The notes beneath the pieces are model-generated. The model was given only the letters and a program-made list of their open reading frames with translations, had not been told where the DNA came from and did no database searches. From contig SUTV01000006.1 in the NCBI GenBank assembly GCA_015152515.1, positions 39,457-103,456 on the forward strand: a DNA stretch of 64,000 nucleotides. The letters run 5' to 3'. Within the stretch, counting starts at the first letter, position 1. Every line of letters starts with the position of its first letter. The position numbers and the translations under genes were made by a program. Of this stretch, positions 11,062-19,825 are shown piece by piece. Origin of the DNA: Cyanobacteria bacterium SIG29. GTDB taxonomy: Bacteria; Cyanobacteriota; Vampirovibrionia; Gastranaerophilales; Gastranaerophilaceae.

Positions 11062-12747
11062 ATGGGGAAAGTTATGGGATTAATTGAACATGATTTTTAT
11101 GCGCAAATGGAAGGCAAAACTGATGATTATGAAAACAGAGTTGCTTTAGGTATTCGTAGCGCTTTTGGTTGGAAAGAATTTACTTATAGAGGATTAGGTC
11201 TTCTATCAAGAAAATTAGCAATTCACATGATATATGATTTAGATACTAAAAAAGGTCAAAAATTAGCTATTTTATCTGAATCAAAACCAGAATATGGTGC
11301 TTGCGTATTTGCTTCTGCATTGGCTGGTTTTGTTACTGTTCCGTTAGATATTAAGTTAACTAAATATGAATTAAAGTCTATTTTACTTGATGCTGAACCT
11401 ACAATTATGTGTGTTTCTCAAACATATTTAGAAACAGCACTTGAACTTCAAAAAGAATTACCTTCTTTAAAATATATATTAATGATTGATGAACATGTTA
11501 AAAGTAAGGAAATTCCTAATATTTATGAATTACCAGATAAATATAATGCAAAATGGAGAAGAAGAAGTTCTAAATCTACAATGTTTATCATTTATACATC
11601 TGGTACAACTGGTATGCCAAAAGGTGTTGAAATTACTTTCAAAAACATTATGAGCCAATTGGATTCATTAAAAGAACCTTTAAAACATATTCTTGGTGAT
11701 AAAAAAGTTACAGTATTATCTATTTTACCTATGAACCATTTGTTTGAAATGACAGTTGGTTTCTGTGTATTTTTAAATTTTGGTTTTTCTGTTTATTACA
11801 CTCACAGTTTAAAACCAAAAGATATTACTGGTATTATGCGTGATAAAAAAGTTGAGTTTATGATTGTAGTACCTGCGTTTTTAAAATTATTAAAAACTGG
11901 TATTGAAAGTGAACTTAAAAATGCACCAAAATTCACTCAAATTGCCTTTAAGTTTATGTATCATTTATCTAAATTTATTCCTTCTTATAGAGTAAAGAAA
12001 ATATTATTTAAAAAGATTCATGACAAATTTGGTGGTAAATTTACAGGCTGTATCGCTGGTGGTGCTCCTTTAGATATTGAAGTTGGCAAATTCTTTGAAA
12101 GAATTGGTATTAAAGTATATCAAGGTTATGGTCTATCAGAAACAAGCCCTGTTGTTGCTGTAAATTATGATAAACGTAATGTGTTAGCATCAGTTGGTAA
12201 ACCAATTCCTAACTTCGAAGCTAAAGTTATTCCAGAAACTGGTGAATTATGGTTAAGAGGACCATCTGTTATGAAGGGGTATCATAATCAACCTGAAATG
12301 ACCGCTGAAGTATTAGATTCTGATGGCTGGTTACATACTGGTGACATTGCAAGAATAGACAGTGATGGACATATTTTTATTACTGGTAGAATTAAGAATA
12401 TGATTGTACTTCAAGGTGGTAAAAAAGTATTTCCAGAAGAAGTAGAAGCAGTTCTTGAAAAAAGTGAATATATTTCTGAAGCTTGTGTTTTAGGCATTAA
12501 GAGAAACTTTGGTTCTAAAGAAAATGCAGAAGAAGTTACTGCAGTTGTTGTTCCAAAAGAAGATTTATACAAAAAACATACTGAAAAAGAAATTGAAGAC
12601 ATTATTAAGGCTGATGTTAAATCTTTATCTTTACAATTAACTCAATATAAGCGTCCAAGTACTGTTATTGTTGTTAAAGAGCCATTACCAAAAACAACAA
12701 CAAGAAAAGTTAAGCGTAATGATGTTAAAAAATTAATTAATGTTTAG
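11062..12747 (+). CDS. AMP-dependent synthetase/ligase (long-chain acyl-CoA synthetase-like)
   Basis: Contains the IYTSGTTGMPKGV AMP-binding signature, plus GYGLSET, TGDIA and the C-terminal K of the ANL superfamily. An alternative start is ATG 11074 behind GGGGAA. Confidence 0.85.
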   Translation: MGKVMGLIEHDFYAQMEGKTDDYENRVALGIRSAFGWKEFTYRGLGLLSRKLAIHMIYDLDTKKGQKLAILSESKPEYGACVFASALAGFVTVPLDIKLTKYELKSILLDAEPTIMCVSQTYLETALELQKELPSLKYILMIDEHVKSKEIPNIYELPDKYNAKWRRRSSKSTMFIIYTSGTTGMPKGVEITFKNIMSQLDSLKEPLKHILGDKKVTVLSILPMNHLFEMTVGFCVFLNFGFSVYYTHSLKPKDITGIMRDKKVEFMIVVPAFLKLLKTGIESELKNAPKFTQIAFKFMYHLSKFIPSYRVKKILFKKIHDKFGGKFTGCIAGGAPLDIEVGKFFERIGIKVYQGYGLSETSPVVAVNYDKRNVLASVGKPIPNFEAKVIPETGELWLRGPSVMKGYHNQPEMTAEVLDSDGWLHTGDIARIDSDGHIFITGRIKNMIVLQGGKKVFPEEVEAVLEKSEYISEACVLGIKRNFGSKENAEEVTAVVVPKEDLYKKHTEKEIEDIIKADVKSLSLQLTQYKRPSTVIVVKEPLPKTTTRKVKRNDVKKLINV

Positions 12748-12763
12748 TTAAAATTTTAAACTT

Positions 12764-12794
12764 AAAAAGGAGGTAATTTATACCTCCTTTTTTA
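12764..12794 (+). terminator. rho-independent terminator
   Basis: AAAGGAGGTA ATTTA TACCTCCTTT followed by TTTT. Confidence 0.8.
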
Positions 12795-12824
12795 TTATAT
12801 TATTATTTTATAAGGTGATTTAAT

Positions 12825-13433
12825 ATGAAAACAATACTTTGTTTTGGAGATTCGAATACTTTTGGTTATTGCCCAGTTGATGGTTCTCGTTATCCTGAAA
12901 ATAAAAGATGGACTGGACTTTTAAAATCAAAATTTAATGTTTTAGAAGAAGGTTTAAATAATAGAGTTGCATTCTTAAAAAGTCCATTTGGAAAAAACTA
13001 TTCTGCGATTGAATGTTTCTCTTCAATTTTGGATAAGTATTCAAATATTGATTATATTGTTATTTGGATTGGTACAAATGATTATCAATCTATATATAAT
13101 ATTGATGAAAAAACTATTAATGATTGTTTGAAAAATTTAATTTTTTTAGCAAAGCAAAAAGCAGACAAGGTTTTGATTATTTCTCCTTTAAAGTTAGATG
13201 ATAATATTTTAAATGGTTCATTTTCTTCTATGTTTAATAAAAATAGTATTGAAAAATCTAATATGATGTTTCCTTTATATGAACAAATTGCGTTAGAGAA
13301 TAACTGTTTATTTTTAGATATTAATAAAATAGTAAAACCATCAAAGATTGATGGCTTACATTATGATTTAAATTCTCATTATATAATTTTTGAAAATATC
13401 GATAGAATTTTATCCGATAGTTTAGAATTTTGA
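12825..13433 (+). CDS. SGNH/GDSL-family hydrolase
   Basis: Block I is ILCFGDSNTFGY, block III is IGTNDY and block V is DGLHYD. The gene ends in TGA. Confidence 0.8.
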   Translation: MKTILCFGDSNTFGYCPVDGSRYPENKRWTGLLKSKFNVLEEGLNNRVAFLKSPFGKNYSAIECFSSILDKYSNIDYIVIWIGTNDYQSIYNIDEKTINDCLKNLIFLAKQKADKVLIISPLKLDDNILNGSFSSMFNKNSIEKSNMMFPLYEQIALENNCLFLDINKIVKPSKIDGLHYDLNSHYIIFENIDRILSDSLEF

Positions 13434-13436
13434 ATT

Positions 13437-13907
13437 TTATTCCCAGTCTTTAGCAATGTCTATCCATTCAACATAGTTTGAGTATTTTTCCATTTCTGGA
13501 ATTGTTAATTCTATTGCACTATTTCCACTACCAGCTGCTGGGAAAATTGTTTTGAATCTTTTTAACGAAACATCAAGGTAAACATTTACATTTTCTTTTA
13601 TTGCAAAAGGACATACACCACCAACAGCGTGTCCAATATATTCTTCAACTTGCTCAAAAGGTATCATTTTAGCTTTTGTGTTAAATTTTTCTCTAAATTT
13701 TGGGTTTGAAATTCTAGCGTCACCTGCCATTGCAATTAATATTGGTTTTTCTTCAACAAGAAATGACATTGTTTTTGTAATTTGTTTTGGTTCGCAACCA
13801 ACAGCAATTGCAGCTAATTCAACTGTTTCACTGGATGTTGGAAATTCTAATATTCTTTTTTCCATATTGAATTGTTTAAAATATTCTTTAACTTTTTCTA
13901 TAGCCAT
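13437..13907 (-). CDS. YbaK/ProX-type aminoacyl-tRNA editing (deacylase) domain protein
   Basis: 156 aa. The KTMSFLVEEKPILIAMAGDARI... and GHAVGGVCPF blocks are typical of the YbaK/prolyl-tRNA-synthetase-associated domain. Confidence 0.75.
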   Translation of the reverse strand: MAIEKVKEYFKQFNMEKRILEFPTSSETVELAAIAVGCEPKQITKTMSFLVEEKPILIAMAGDARISNPKFREKFNTKAKMIPFEQVEEYIGHAVGGVCPFAIKENVNVYLDVSLKRFKTIFPAAGSGNSAIELTIPEMEKYSNYVEWIDIAKDWE

Positions 13908-13944
13908 TATTTTCCTCGATTTTTTATTGATTTAATTTTAAAAT

Positions 13945-13975
13945 AAAAAAACAGGTAATTAAACCTGTTTTTTAT
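13945..13975. terminator. bidirectional rho-independent terminator
   Basis: AAAAAACAGGT AATTAA ACCTGTTTTTT. It lies downstream of the minus-strand LysM-like gene. Confidence 0.75.
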
Positions 13976-13994
13976 TTTCTATTGAATTTGATTT

Positions 13995-15260
13995 TTATTC
14001 TTCAATTTCTATTAAATTGCCTTTTGAATCAAATAGTTCTCTCATTTCAATGTCGCCTGCTTTATCAAGATATTCTACACTGAAACCATTTTTGAATTGG
14101 TCTATTCTTATAACTTGACCTGCAATTGTACCCATATATCTTTCTGAACCAATTTCATCATCATCACAAGTAAAAGTTCCATTGTCAAAGACATATATTT
14201 CTTCACCAATCTTTGCTTCTCCAGTGATAAAGTTAAATGATGCTACTGTGTTACCATTTACTAAAAATTCTCTTGATTTTACTAAATCAGTATCATTATC
14301 ATAAATTGTAGTAATTGAGTCTATTTGACTTCCTTTTGCAGTTTTATCTGTTATAGTTTCTACAGTTGTGCTTGTTTTGTATGCAAATGTATATGATTTT
14401 TTTATTGAATTGTCTTCATATTTATCCATTTCAATAATTTTACCGTCTTTATCATATGTAATTACACGAGCAATATTACTATCTTTATTGTTGCCTTCGT
14501 GTCTTGTCATAATGATATTTCCGTTTAATTTTTTATCAAGCTTTGTATATTCGCCATCCATTAAACCAGTGTAGTCACCTACGAAGTTTTTATCGCTTGT
14601 TCCTAAATCAAAGTAAAAAGTATTTCCGTTTATATCAACAGTATCTTTTTCTGTATTATCTTCTTCTGTATTAGTGTCATCAATGATGTCTTCTTCTTCA
14701 AATTCATCTATTATTGTGCCATTTGATACTTCATAGTGTACATTTTCAGGCATGATGCTATCAACTCTGATTCTTGTTCCAATATAAATTGTATCTCTAT
14801 CAGTCCAAGTACCTTTATTATCTGCTTCTAGTAGTTCATAGTATTCTTCTAATTTATAATCAGGAGTTAATTTGTCTAATTCTGCATATTTTTTTACAAT
14901 GTCAGCAAGTCTATCGCCAGTTTTTACTTCATGCCATACAGCTTTTCTTTCGTGTTCTGGTTTTGTAACAAGCTTTGTAGTTACTATTGGTTTTTGTTGT
15001 TGAACAGTTGTTTCTGGTGTTGTTTCTGCTGAATCAACATAAGCTGATGGTGTAGTTGTATCTTGTGGTTTTTCAGTTGTATCTGTAGTGCAACCTGAAA
15101 TTCCTAAGCTTGCAGCAAGTGCCATTGCTGTTGCAAGGCTGATACCACCAACTGTTTTACCTATATTTGATTGTTTAACATATTCTCTTTCTTTCTCGTG
15201 TGCACCTTTTCGCGCTGAGAATGTTGTATTTGAATATGTGTTAATTGCTGATATTTTCAT
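13995..15260 (-). CDS. LysM-like, YD/MORN-like repeat protein with internal lipobox
   Basis: 421 aa. A charged ~37-aa N-terminal extension precedes GGISLATAMALAASLGISGC (lipobox ISGC). A T/P-rich linker follows, then a LysM-like segment (HEVKTGDRLADIVKKYA...IYIGTRIRV). The C-terminus has beta-hairpin repeats such as ITYDKDGKIIEMDKY. Confidence 0.55.
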   Translation of the reverse strand: MKISAINTYSNTTFSARKGAHEKEREYVKQSNIGKTVGGISLATAMALAASLGISGCTTDTTEKPQDTTTPSAYVDSAETTPETTVQQQKPIVTTKLVTKPEHERKAVWHEVKTGDRLADIVKKYAELDKLTPDYKLEEYYELLEADNKGTWTDRDTIYIGTRIRVDSIMPENVHYEVSNGTIIDEFEEEDIIDDTNTEEDNTEKDTVDINGNTFYFDLGTSDKNFVGDYTGLMDGEYTKLDKKLNGNIIMTRHEGNNKDSNIARVITYDKDGKIIEMDKYEDNSIKKSYTFAYKTSTTVETITDKTAKGSQIDSITTIYDNDTDLVKSREFLVNGNTVASFNFITGEAKIGEEIYVFDNGTFTCDDDEIGSERYMGTIAGQVIRIDQFKNGFSVEYLDKAGDIEMRELFDSKGNLIEIEE

Positions 15261-15351
15261 TTTTCCCTCTTCTGAATTTTATCGTGTATGCATATATAAA
15301 AACTATAATAAAAAAAGTTGCTATATGTAATGTGTTTAATAATATTTGTTT

Positions 15352-17001
15352 TTATTCATCACTATCTGTTGCGAAAACATAGCCTTTTAAAGTTGGTTGT
15401 TTGTCTTTTGTCGTTCCTTTTTTTAGAAAAACTAATATTTCTTCTTTTTCAACGCCAAGTGCTTTTGCTGCTTCTTCAACATTTTTATATTCGTGTACAT
15501 CTCCAGCTCTATCAAGTGCGTATATAGTGCTAGTTTTTTGTCTTTTTTCTGCTACATCTTCATATACAAGTGTGTATCCACCTGTTGATTTTTGTTGTCC
15601 ATTCAAACATCTTGTCATTTTATCACTTCTTATGCCAAGAGCTTTTGCAGCTTCTGTTCTATTTTTAAATTTCCTTCTTTTGTTATTTTTGTCGATTGCC
15701 AAAACAGGTCTTTCTGCTAATTTTGCAGCTTCATTTGCAAATTTATTTATTAAATCAGTATTAAAAATTAGTCTTTTTAATTCTGGTGAAAAGCTTTCAA
15801 CATACTTTGCTTTTACAACAGTTTGCTCATTTATTCCTCTTTGTATTCCGTTTGCACAGAAAAGTATTGTAGATTGTGAAACACCAAGTGCTTTTGCTGC
15901 TTCTGTACTTGAATCATATCTTTTGAACTTTCCACTTCCATTTACAACATATACAGCATTTTTAATAACTTGTTGAAATTTATCTTCAAATTTTGTGTAG
16001 TCGATTTTAATTTCGCCATTTTTACCGATAGTTTCTACTTCATCAGCATTTATAAATGAGTAACCAAGAACTGTTTCTCTTTCTCCTTCAATACAGTTTT
16101 TTATGTTTCTTTTTGGTAGAGATAATTTTGTAGCAGCTTCCCCAATACTGTTAAATTTTTTAATTCTTCCGTGTCTATTTATTGAATAAACTGGGATTGG
16201 TGTTCTTTGGTCAAATTTTTCGTTATCTATATTGAAGTTTAGTATAAGATTTCCATTTTCATCAAAAGATTCTGCTTCATCAGCAAAAACGAAAGCAAAA
16301 CCACCAGTTGTATCTCTTTGACCATTTAAACATTGAGTTATTTTTGAGTGATGTACTCCTAGTGTTTTAGACGCGTCAGAATTTCTTTCAAATTTTTGGT
16401 ATTCTCCATTTTTATCTATTGCATAAAATGGTCTTATAACTGCTTTTGTTGATAGTGCTGCTATTATTTCTTTTTGTTTTTGATTTATTTTTACTTTGCT
16501 AATTCTTATTTCGCCATTACTGCCTATTCTTTCTATGTCTTCGGCGTATAAAAATCCAAAGTCTTGAGCTGTGTGTTGACTACCTTTTAAACATTTACTA
16601 ATGTTAGAATCACTTGCTCCTATATCTTTTGCAGCTTCCTTTATGCTTGAATATTTTTTATAATTTCCATCTTTATCAATTGCATAAATTGGTTTTTTAC
16701 TTTTATCTTCAAGTGATTTTTCTTTTATTGAATTTATTTTTTCATCTAGCTTTTTTTTATCAACTTTTACTTTTCCAGTTGGTGTTGTTCTTTCAATTTC
16801 GCTTGCTAAAACAAACATATATCCACCAGCTGTATTTCTTTTTCCGTTTAAACATTGGCTTATGCTTGAACCATGAATTTGCAATTTTCTTTCAGCATCT
16901 CTTCTTCCATCAAATTTTTGATAGTTACCTTCTTCATCAACTGCATAGATTGCAGTTTGAGCTGCACAAAAGCTTATATTATTATTACTTTGCGCATTCA
17001 A
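15352..17001 (-). CDS. tandem array of seven IENR1/NUMOD1-like helix-turn-helix modules, no catalytic domain
   Basis: 549 aa. Modules start at residues 18, 105, 192, 271, 350, 433 and 493. Each has the pattern [IV]YA[IV]D..G...K[FY].S..EAAK.LG...S.I..CLNG....GG[FY].F. The start is TTG, with no in-frame ATG upstream. Confidence 0.6.
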   Translation of the reverse strand: MNAQSNNNISFCAAQTAIYAVDEEGNYQKFDGRRDAERKLQIHGSSISQCLNGKRNTAGGYMFVLASEIERTTPTGKVKVDKKKLDEKINSIKEKSLEDKSKKPIYAIDKDGNYKKYSSIKEAAKDIGASDSNISKCLKGSQHTAQDFGFLYAEDIERIGSNGEIRISKVKINQKQKEIIAALSTKAVIRPFYAIDKNGEYQKFERNSDASKTLGVHHSKITQCLNGQRDTTGGFAFVFADEAESFDENGNLILNFNIDNEKFDQRTPIPVYSINRHGRIKKFNSIGEAATKLSLPKRNIKNCIEGERETVLGYSFINADEVETIGKNGEIKIDYTKFEDKFQQVIKNAVYVVNGSGKFKRYDSSTEAAKALGVSQSTILFCANGIQRGINEQTVVKAKYVESFSPELKRLIFNTDLINKFANEAAKLAERPVLAIDKNNKRRKFKNRTEAAKALGIRSDKMTRCLNGQQKSTGGYTLVYEDVAEKRQKTSTIYALDRAGDVHEYKNVEEAAKALGVEKEEILVFLKKGTTKDKQPTLKGYVFATDSDE

Positions 17002-17160
17002 AAAATTAAGAATTAAATTCTCTTTTAATTCCTCTGTTTGTTGTTTTTTAGGCTGTTTTTCACTTCTAGCTTTATAATTAAAGCTTAAGTTCTAATTCAT
17101 ATCAAAAACTTCGTATGATGAATTACGAATGTACCACACGATGAAGCTCTCGATGTTGTT

Positions 17161-18381
17161 ATGTATCAAGGTGGATATGGTTCAGGAAAGACTTGGTGTG
17201 GTTCTTTACTGGGTTTAATGCTTGCCAGAAAATATCCAGGAAGCAGAGGTCTTGTAGGAGCAAAGGAATATGAACTTGTTAAAAATACTACTTTGCAATC
17301 TTATTTTGAACACCTTGAAAATATGGGCTATGTTAAAGATAGGGATTATACATATAACAAGAACGATAAGAAAATAACTCTTTCTAATGGTTCTGAAATT
17401 CTATTTAAAGGTTTAGATGACCCAGAAAAGTTTAAATCTTTAAACTTGCATTGGGCAGAAATAGAAGAAGCATCTCAAATATCTGATAGTGCTTTTAAAC
17501 AGCTTCTTGCTCGTTTAAGAAACACAAATAGAAAACCATCTTGGGGTGATTTTAAATTTAGATTGTTTGGACATACGAACCCACAACCTAACAAAGGTTG
17601 GATATGGAAAAGATTTGTAGAAAATCCAAAGGTTAATTACAGACTTATAATTGCACCTACTTCTGAAAACACCAATCTTCCAAAACACTTCATAGAGTCT
17701 ATGAAAGATGAATACGACCCAGAGTATTACAGAATAAATGTATTAGGAGAATTTGGTAATTATTCATCAGGTTTAGTAGTAAAGAATTTTACACCAGAAA
17801 ATGAAAAGCCATTAACTTACAATAGGGATTTACCTCTATATCTAACCTGTGACTTCAATGTTGACCCGATGTGTTGGTGTTTAGCTCACATGGATGAGAA
17901 AGATGTATTCTTCTTTGATGAACTTGTTATAGAGAATACTTCTACACAAGCCTGTATAGAGGAGTTTATCAGAAGATACCCAAACCATAGAAGCAAGATT
18001 GTTATTTGTGGTGATGCATCAGGCGATTTTAGAAATGCTCAATCTGAATTTACCAACTATATGATTATTCGTAGAGCATTAGAAGCTCACGGTTATAGTG
18101 TAGATTTTAAAATTAGACCATACAACCCACCTGTGCTCCGTAGAATACAAGCATTCAATGCAAGAGTGTGTAACGCAGCAGGTGAAAGACATATCTTTGT
18201 TGACCCTAAAAAATGTAAGTGGTTAATGCATAACATCTACAATCTTGCATTTAAAGAAGGTACATCTATTGTTGATATACCTACTGTTAAACAAATAAAA
18301 AATGATAGAGAAGCAAAGTTCCTTGAACACATTTTTGATGCAGCAAGTTACTTAATTGAATATTTCTTCCCTATCAAATAA
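17161..18381 (+). CDS. phage terminase large subunit, probably 5'-truncated remnant
   Basis: Walker A GGYGSGKT sits at residues 4-11, whereas such terminases usually have several tens of residues before it. Walker B-like LHWAEIEEAS and nuclease-domain acidic motifs (LTCDFNVDP, CGDASG) are present. An in-frame TGA lies 14 codons upstream (17119-17121). Confidence 0.75.
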   Translation: MYQGGYGSGKTWCGSLLGLMLARKYPGSRGLVGAKEYELVKNTTLQSYFEHLENMGYVKDRDYTYNKNDKKITLSNGSEILFKGLDDPEKFKSLNLHWAEIEEASQISDSAFKQLLARLRNTNRKPSWGDFKFRLFGHTNPQPNKGWIWKRFVENPKVNYRLIIAPTSENTNLPKHFIESMKDEYDPEYYRINVLGEFGNYSSGLVVKNFTPENEKPLTYNRDLPLYLTCDFNVDPMCWCLAHMDEKDVFFFDELVIENTSTQACIEEFIRRYPNHRSKIVICGDASGDFRNAQSEFTNYMIIRRALEAHGYSVDFKIRPYNPPVLRRIQAFNARVCNAAGERHIFVDPKKCKWLMHNIYNLAFKEGTSIVDIPTVKQIKNDREAKFLEHIFDAASYLIEYFFPIK

Positions 18382-18522
18382 TTCATACATTCAACCAGAC
18401 ATGTCTAGCATCATGTTTAACATGGGTTAAATGTGAAATAGATATAAATTATCATCTTTTCTTTTCAACATGGCTTAAAAGCCATTTTATGTGTTAATAG
18501 TCTAACCATTCCTTTCTTGACT

Positions 18523-18560
18523 TACCTTATTCTGTCTAGCATAGAGTAAGGTATTTTTTT
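18523..18560 (+). terminator. rho-independent terminator-like hairpin
   Basis: TACCTTA, 17-nt loop, TAAGGTA, followed by seven T. It lies 140 nt downstream of the terminase stop. Confidence 0.45.
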
Positions 18561-18610
18561 GTGTAATTTTTGTGTAAAATTGCCCAATTTTTTGAGTTTT
18601 TTGTAAAAAA

Positions 18611-18642
18611 CAAAAAAAATAACAAGGACTGAAAAGCCTTGC
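18611..18642 (-). terminator. terminator of tRNA-Phe
   Basis: On the minus strand, CAAGG CTTTTCAGT CCTTG is followed by TTATTTTTTTTG, immediately after the tRNA 3' end. Confidence 0.5.
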
Positions 18643-18656
18643 TATATTTGTTTAAA

Positions 18657-18732
18657 TGGTGCCACGTCTCGGAATCGAACCAAGGACACAGGGATTTTCA
18701 GTCCCTTGCTCTACCAACTGAGCTAACGTGGC
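18657..18732 (-). tRNA. tRNA-Phe (anticodon GAA), CCA encoded
   Basis: The minus strand reads GCCACGT TA GCTC AGTTGGTA GAGC A AGGGA CTGAAAA TCCCT GTGTC CTTGG TTCGATT CCGAG ACGTGGC ACCA. This is a perfect cloverleaf with a 7-bp acceptor stem, a TTCGATT T-loop and anticodon GAA. Confidence 0.93.
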
Positions 18733-18743
18733 TCACCTATGTA

Positions 18744-18774
18744 ATTATAATATCAACTAAAAATCATTAGTCAA
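18744..18774 (-). promoter_or_regulatory. putative promoter of tRNA-Phe
   Basis: On the minus strand, TTGACT, 17-19 nt spacer, ATTATAAT, ending 12 nt before the mature 5' end. The -35 overlaps the stop of the upstream gene. Confidence 0.35.
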
Positions 18775-19753
18775 TAATTTTTTTTATTGCATATTCTGAA
18801 TATGATTTTATTTTAAAATTTAAAGTTTTATAAAGACCCCATTTTGTAAGGTTACAGCTAGTAAATATACCATTTATTTTTAGTTCATCATTATCGTAAT
18901 TTTTTAATTTTTTTGCTATTTTTGGATGTTTAAATGCAAAAAAATTCTCCATAGTTGAACAAATTCCTTTTGCGTTAATGTTTTTTATGTCATGTCCTAT
19001 ATAACATTCATCTTTTCTTATCAGTGGTTTGAAATATTGATAATTATTTGGAAGTTCATAATTATGTTGTTTTAGTAGTTCATCTAATCTTATTAATTTT
19101 GATTTAAATTCAGAATTATCAGATTTCATCAACATTTCATAACAGCTATCGCAAGAGCAAACTATATATTTTATATTTGAATTACATTGTTCAGCAATTT
19201 CTTTTAGATTTGTGTTGAATTTTTCTATATTTCCTTCATTTAAATATGGGTAGCCACAACAGTTAGAAATTATTTTTTCTACTTTATAATTTAATTTCTC
19301 GATTAATTCTAAAGAAGCATTTTTATCTGATTTATCTATATATTTGTTGTAGCAACCTTCAAAGTATATTATTGAATTTTGTGATGATTTATTTTGTAAT
19401 TTGTAGTTCCTTTTTATATTAAAAATTCTATAAAAATTCAAAATAATTTTGTATATAAATGAAAATGGAATTATTTTTTTATCATATTTATTTTTCAATA
19501 TTGTGTTAATTTCAAACATATTAATATTGCTCGGACAAAAGTCTTTGCATAAATTGCAATTTAAACATACATCTAAATTTTTTATAAACTTTTTTGATAA
19601 TTTAAGTTTATTATTGAAATGATTGTTTAAAATAATACATTTACCGCGTGTTAGGTAAGATTCATTTTTTGTTGCAATATAAATAGGGCATACGCTTTGG
19701 CATAAACCACATTTAGAACATTTATAAACTTCTTCTTTAATTATCTTTTCCAT
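18767..19753 (-). CDS. (Fe-S)-binding oxidoreductase, GlcF/GlpC/HdrD-like (2x4Fe-4S plus CCG domains)
   Basis: CSKCGLCQSVCP and CLNCNLCKDFCP ferredoxin motifs are followed by cysteine-rich CCG-type segments (SNCCGYPY, CSCDSC). Confidence 0.7.
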   Translation of the reverse strand: MEKIIKEEVYKCSKCGLCQSVCPIYIATKNESYLTRGKCIILNNHFNNKLKLSKKFIKNLDVCLNCNLCKDFCPSNINMFEINTILKNKYDKKIIPFSFIYKIILNFYRIFNIKRNYKLQNKSSQNSIIYFEGCYNKYIDKSDKNASLELIEKLNYKVEKIISNCCGYPYLNEGNIEKFNTNLKEIAEQCNSNIKYIVCSCDSCYEMLMKSDNSEFKSKLIRLDELLKQHNYELPNNYQYFKPLIRKDECYIGHDIKNINAKGICSTMENFFAFKHPKIAKKLKNYDNDELKINGIFTSCNLTKWGLYKTLNFKIKSYSEYAIKKIID

Positions 19754-19788
19754 AAGTAAATTATCTTATAAAATAAATATTGTATCAA

Positions 19789-19817
19789 TTGCAAATTCTT
19801 TTTAATTATATGATAAT
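19789..19817 (+). promoter_or_regulatory. putative promoter giving a near-leaderless lptC transcript
   Basis: TTGCAA, 17-nt spacer, GATAAT. Only 8 nt separate the -10 from ATG 19826. Confidence 0.35.
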
Positions 19818-19825
19818 TTATAGAT

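Larger units (their letters stand above)
17161..18656. mobile_element. degenerate prophage/integrated-element remnant abutting the 3' end of tRNA-Phe
   Basis: A lone terminase gene with no other phage structural genes. It is followed by 275 nt of non-coding DNA and then the 3' end of tRNA-Phe. No integrase or att duplication was seen. Confidence 0.35.

Noticed and set aside
13431-13433. Possible stop-codon reassignment (UGA recoding), given the AT-rich candidate-phylum-like genome
   Set aside because: TGA terminates well-defined ORFs, for example the SGNH hydrolase at 13431-13433 and the 29-aa micro-ORF. An intact RF2 gene is present. No conserved protein needed read-through of TGA to stay full length. 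The standard code fits.
13995-14003. Three proteins end in ...IEE (LysM-like protein, EF-hand protein, DUF1292 protein), suggesting a C-terminal tag
   Set aside because: All three have E/D-rich low-complexity tails, so a shared I-E-E end is likely compositional chance. No further similarity exists upstream of the last three residues.
15401-15976. Long antisense ORFs inside larger genes, for example 15401..15976, 16614..17009, 27839..28219, 36051..36452, 35646..35984, 58440..58904 and many 60-110-aa ones
   Set aside because: Each lies entirely within, and antisense or out of frame to, a gene with clear family motifs. They have low-complexity L/F/I/S-rich composition typical of shadow ORFs in AT-rich DNA, and no SD.
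17129-17220. Alternative-frame ORF upstream of the terminase (MYHTMKLSMLL...) as evidence for a simple frameshift that would restore a full-length terminase
   Set aside because: The out-of-frame peptide shows no resemblance to terminase N-termini and ends after 29 codons. Truncation rather than a single frameshift is the simpler reading.
18556-18577. Tandem repeat TTTTTGTGTAA x2, and a check for a CRISPR-like array
   Set aside because: There are only two 11-nt units with no spacers. No repeat-spacer periodicity was seen anywhere in the window, and there are no cas genes.
18622-18642. Hairpin CAAGGACTGAAAAGCCTTG resembling the tRNA-Phe anticodon arm (possible partial tRNA duplication / att site)
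   Set aside because: It is in inverted orientation relative to the tRNA, which is not what an att duplication gives. On the minus strand it is followed by a T-run, so it is adequately explained as the tRNA terminator.
13000-18656. Direct repeat of the tRNA-Phe 3' end marking the far boundary of an integrated element
   Set aside because: I scanned the intergenic regions 12748-12824, 13908-13994, 15261-15351 and 17002-17160 by eye for GGAATCGAACC-type sequence and found none. Island borders therefore remain undefined.
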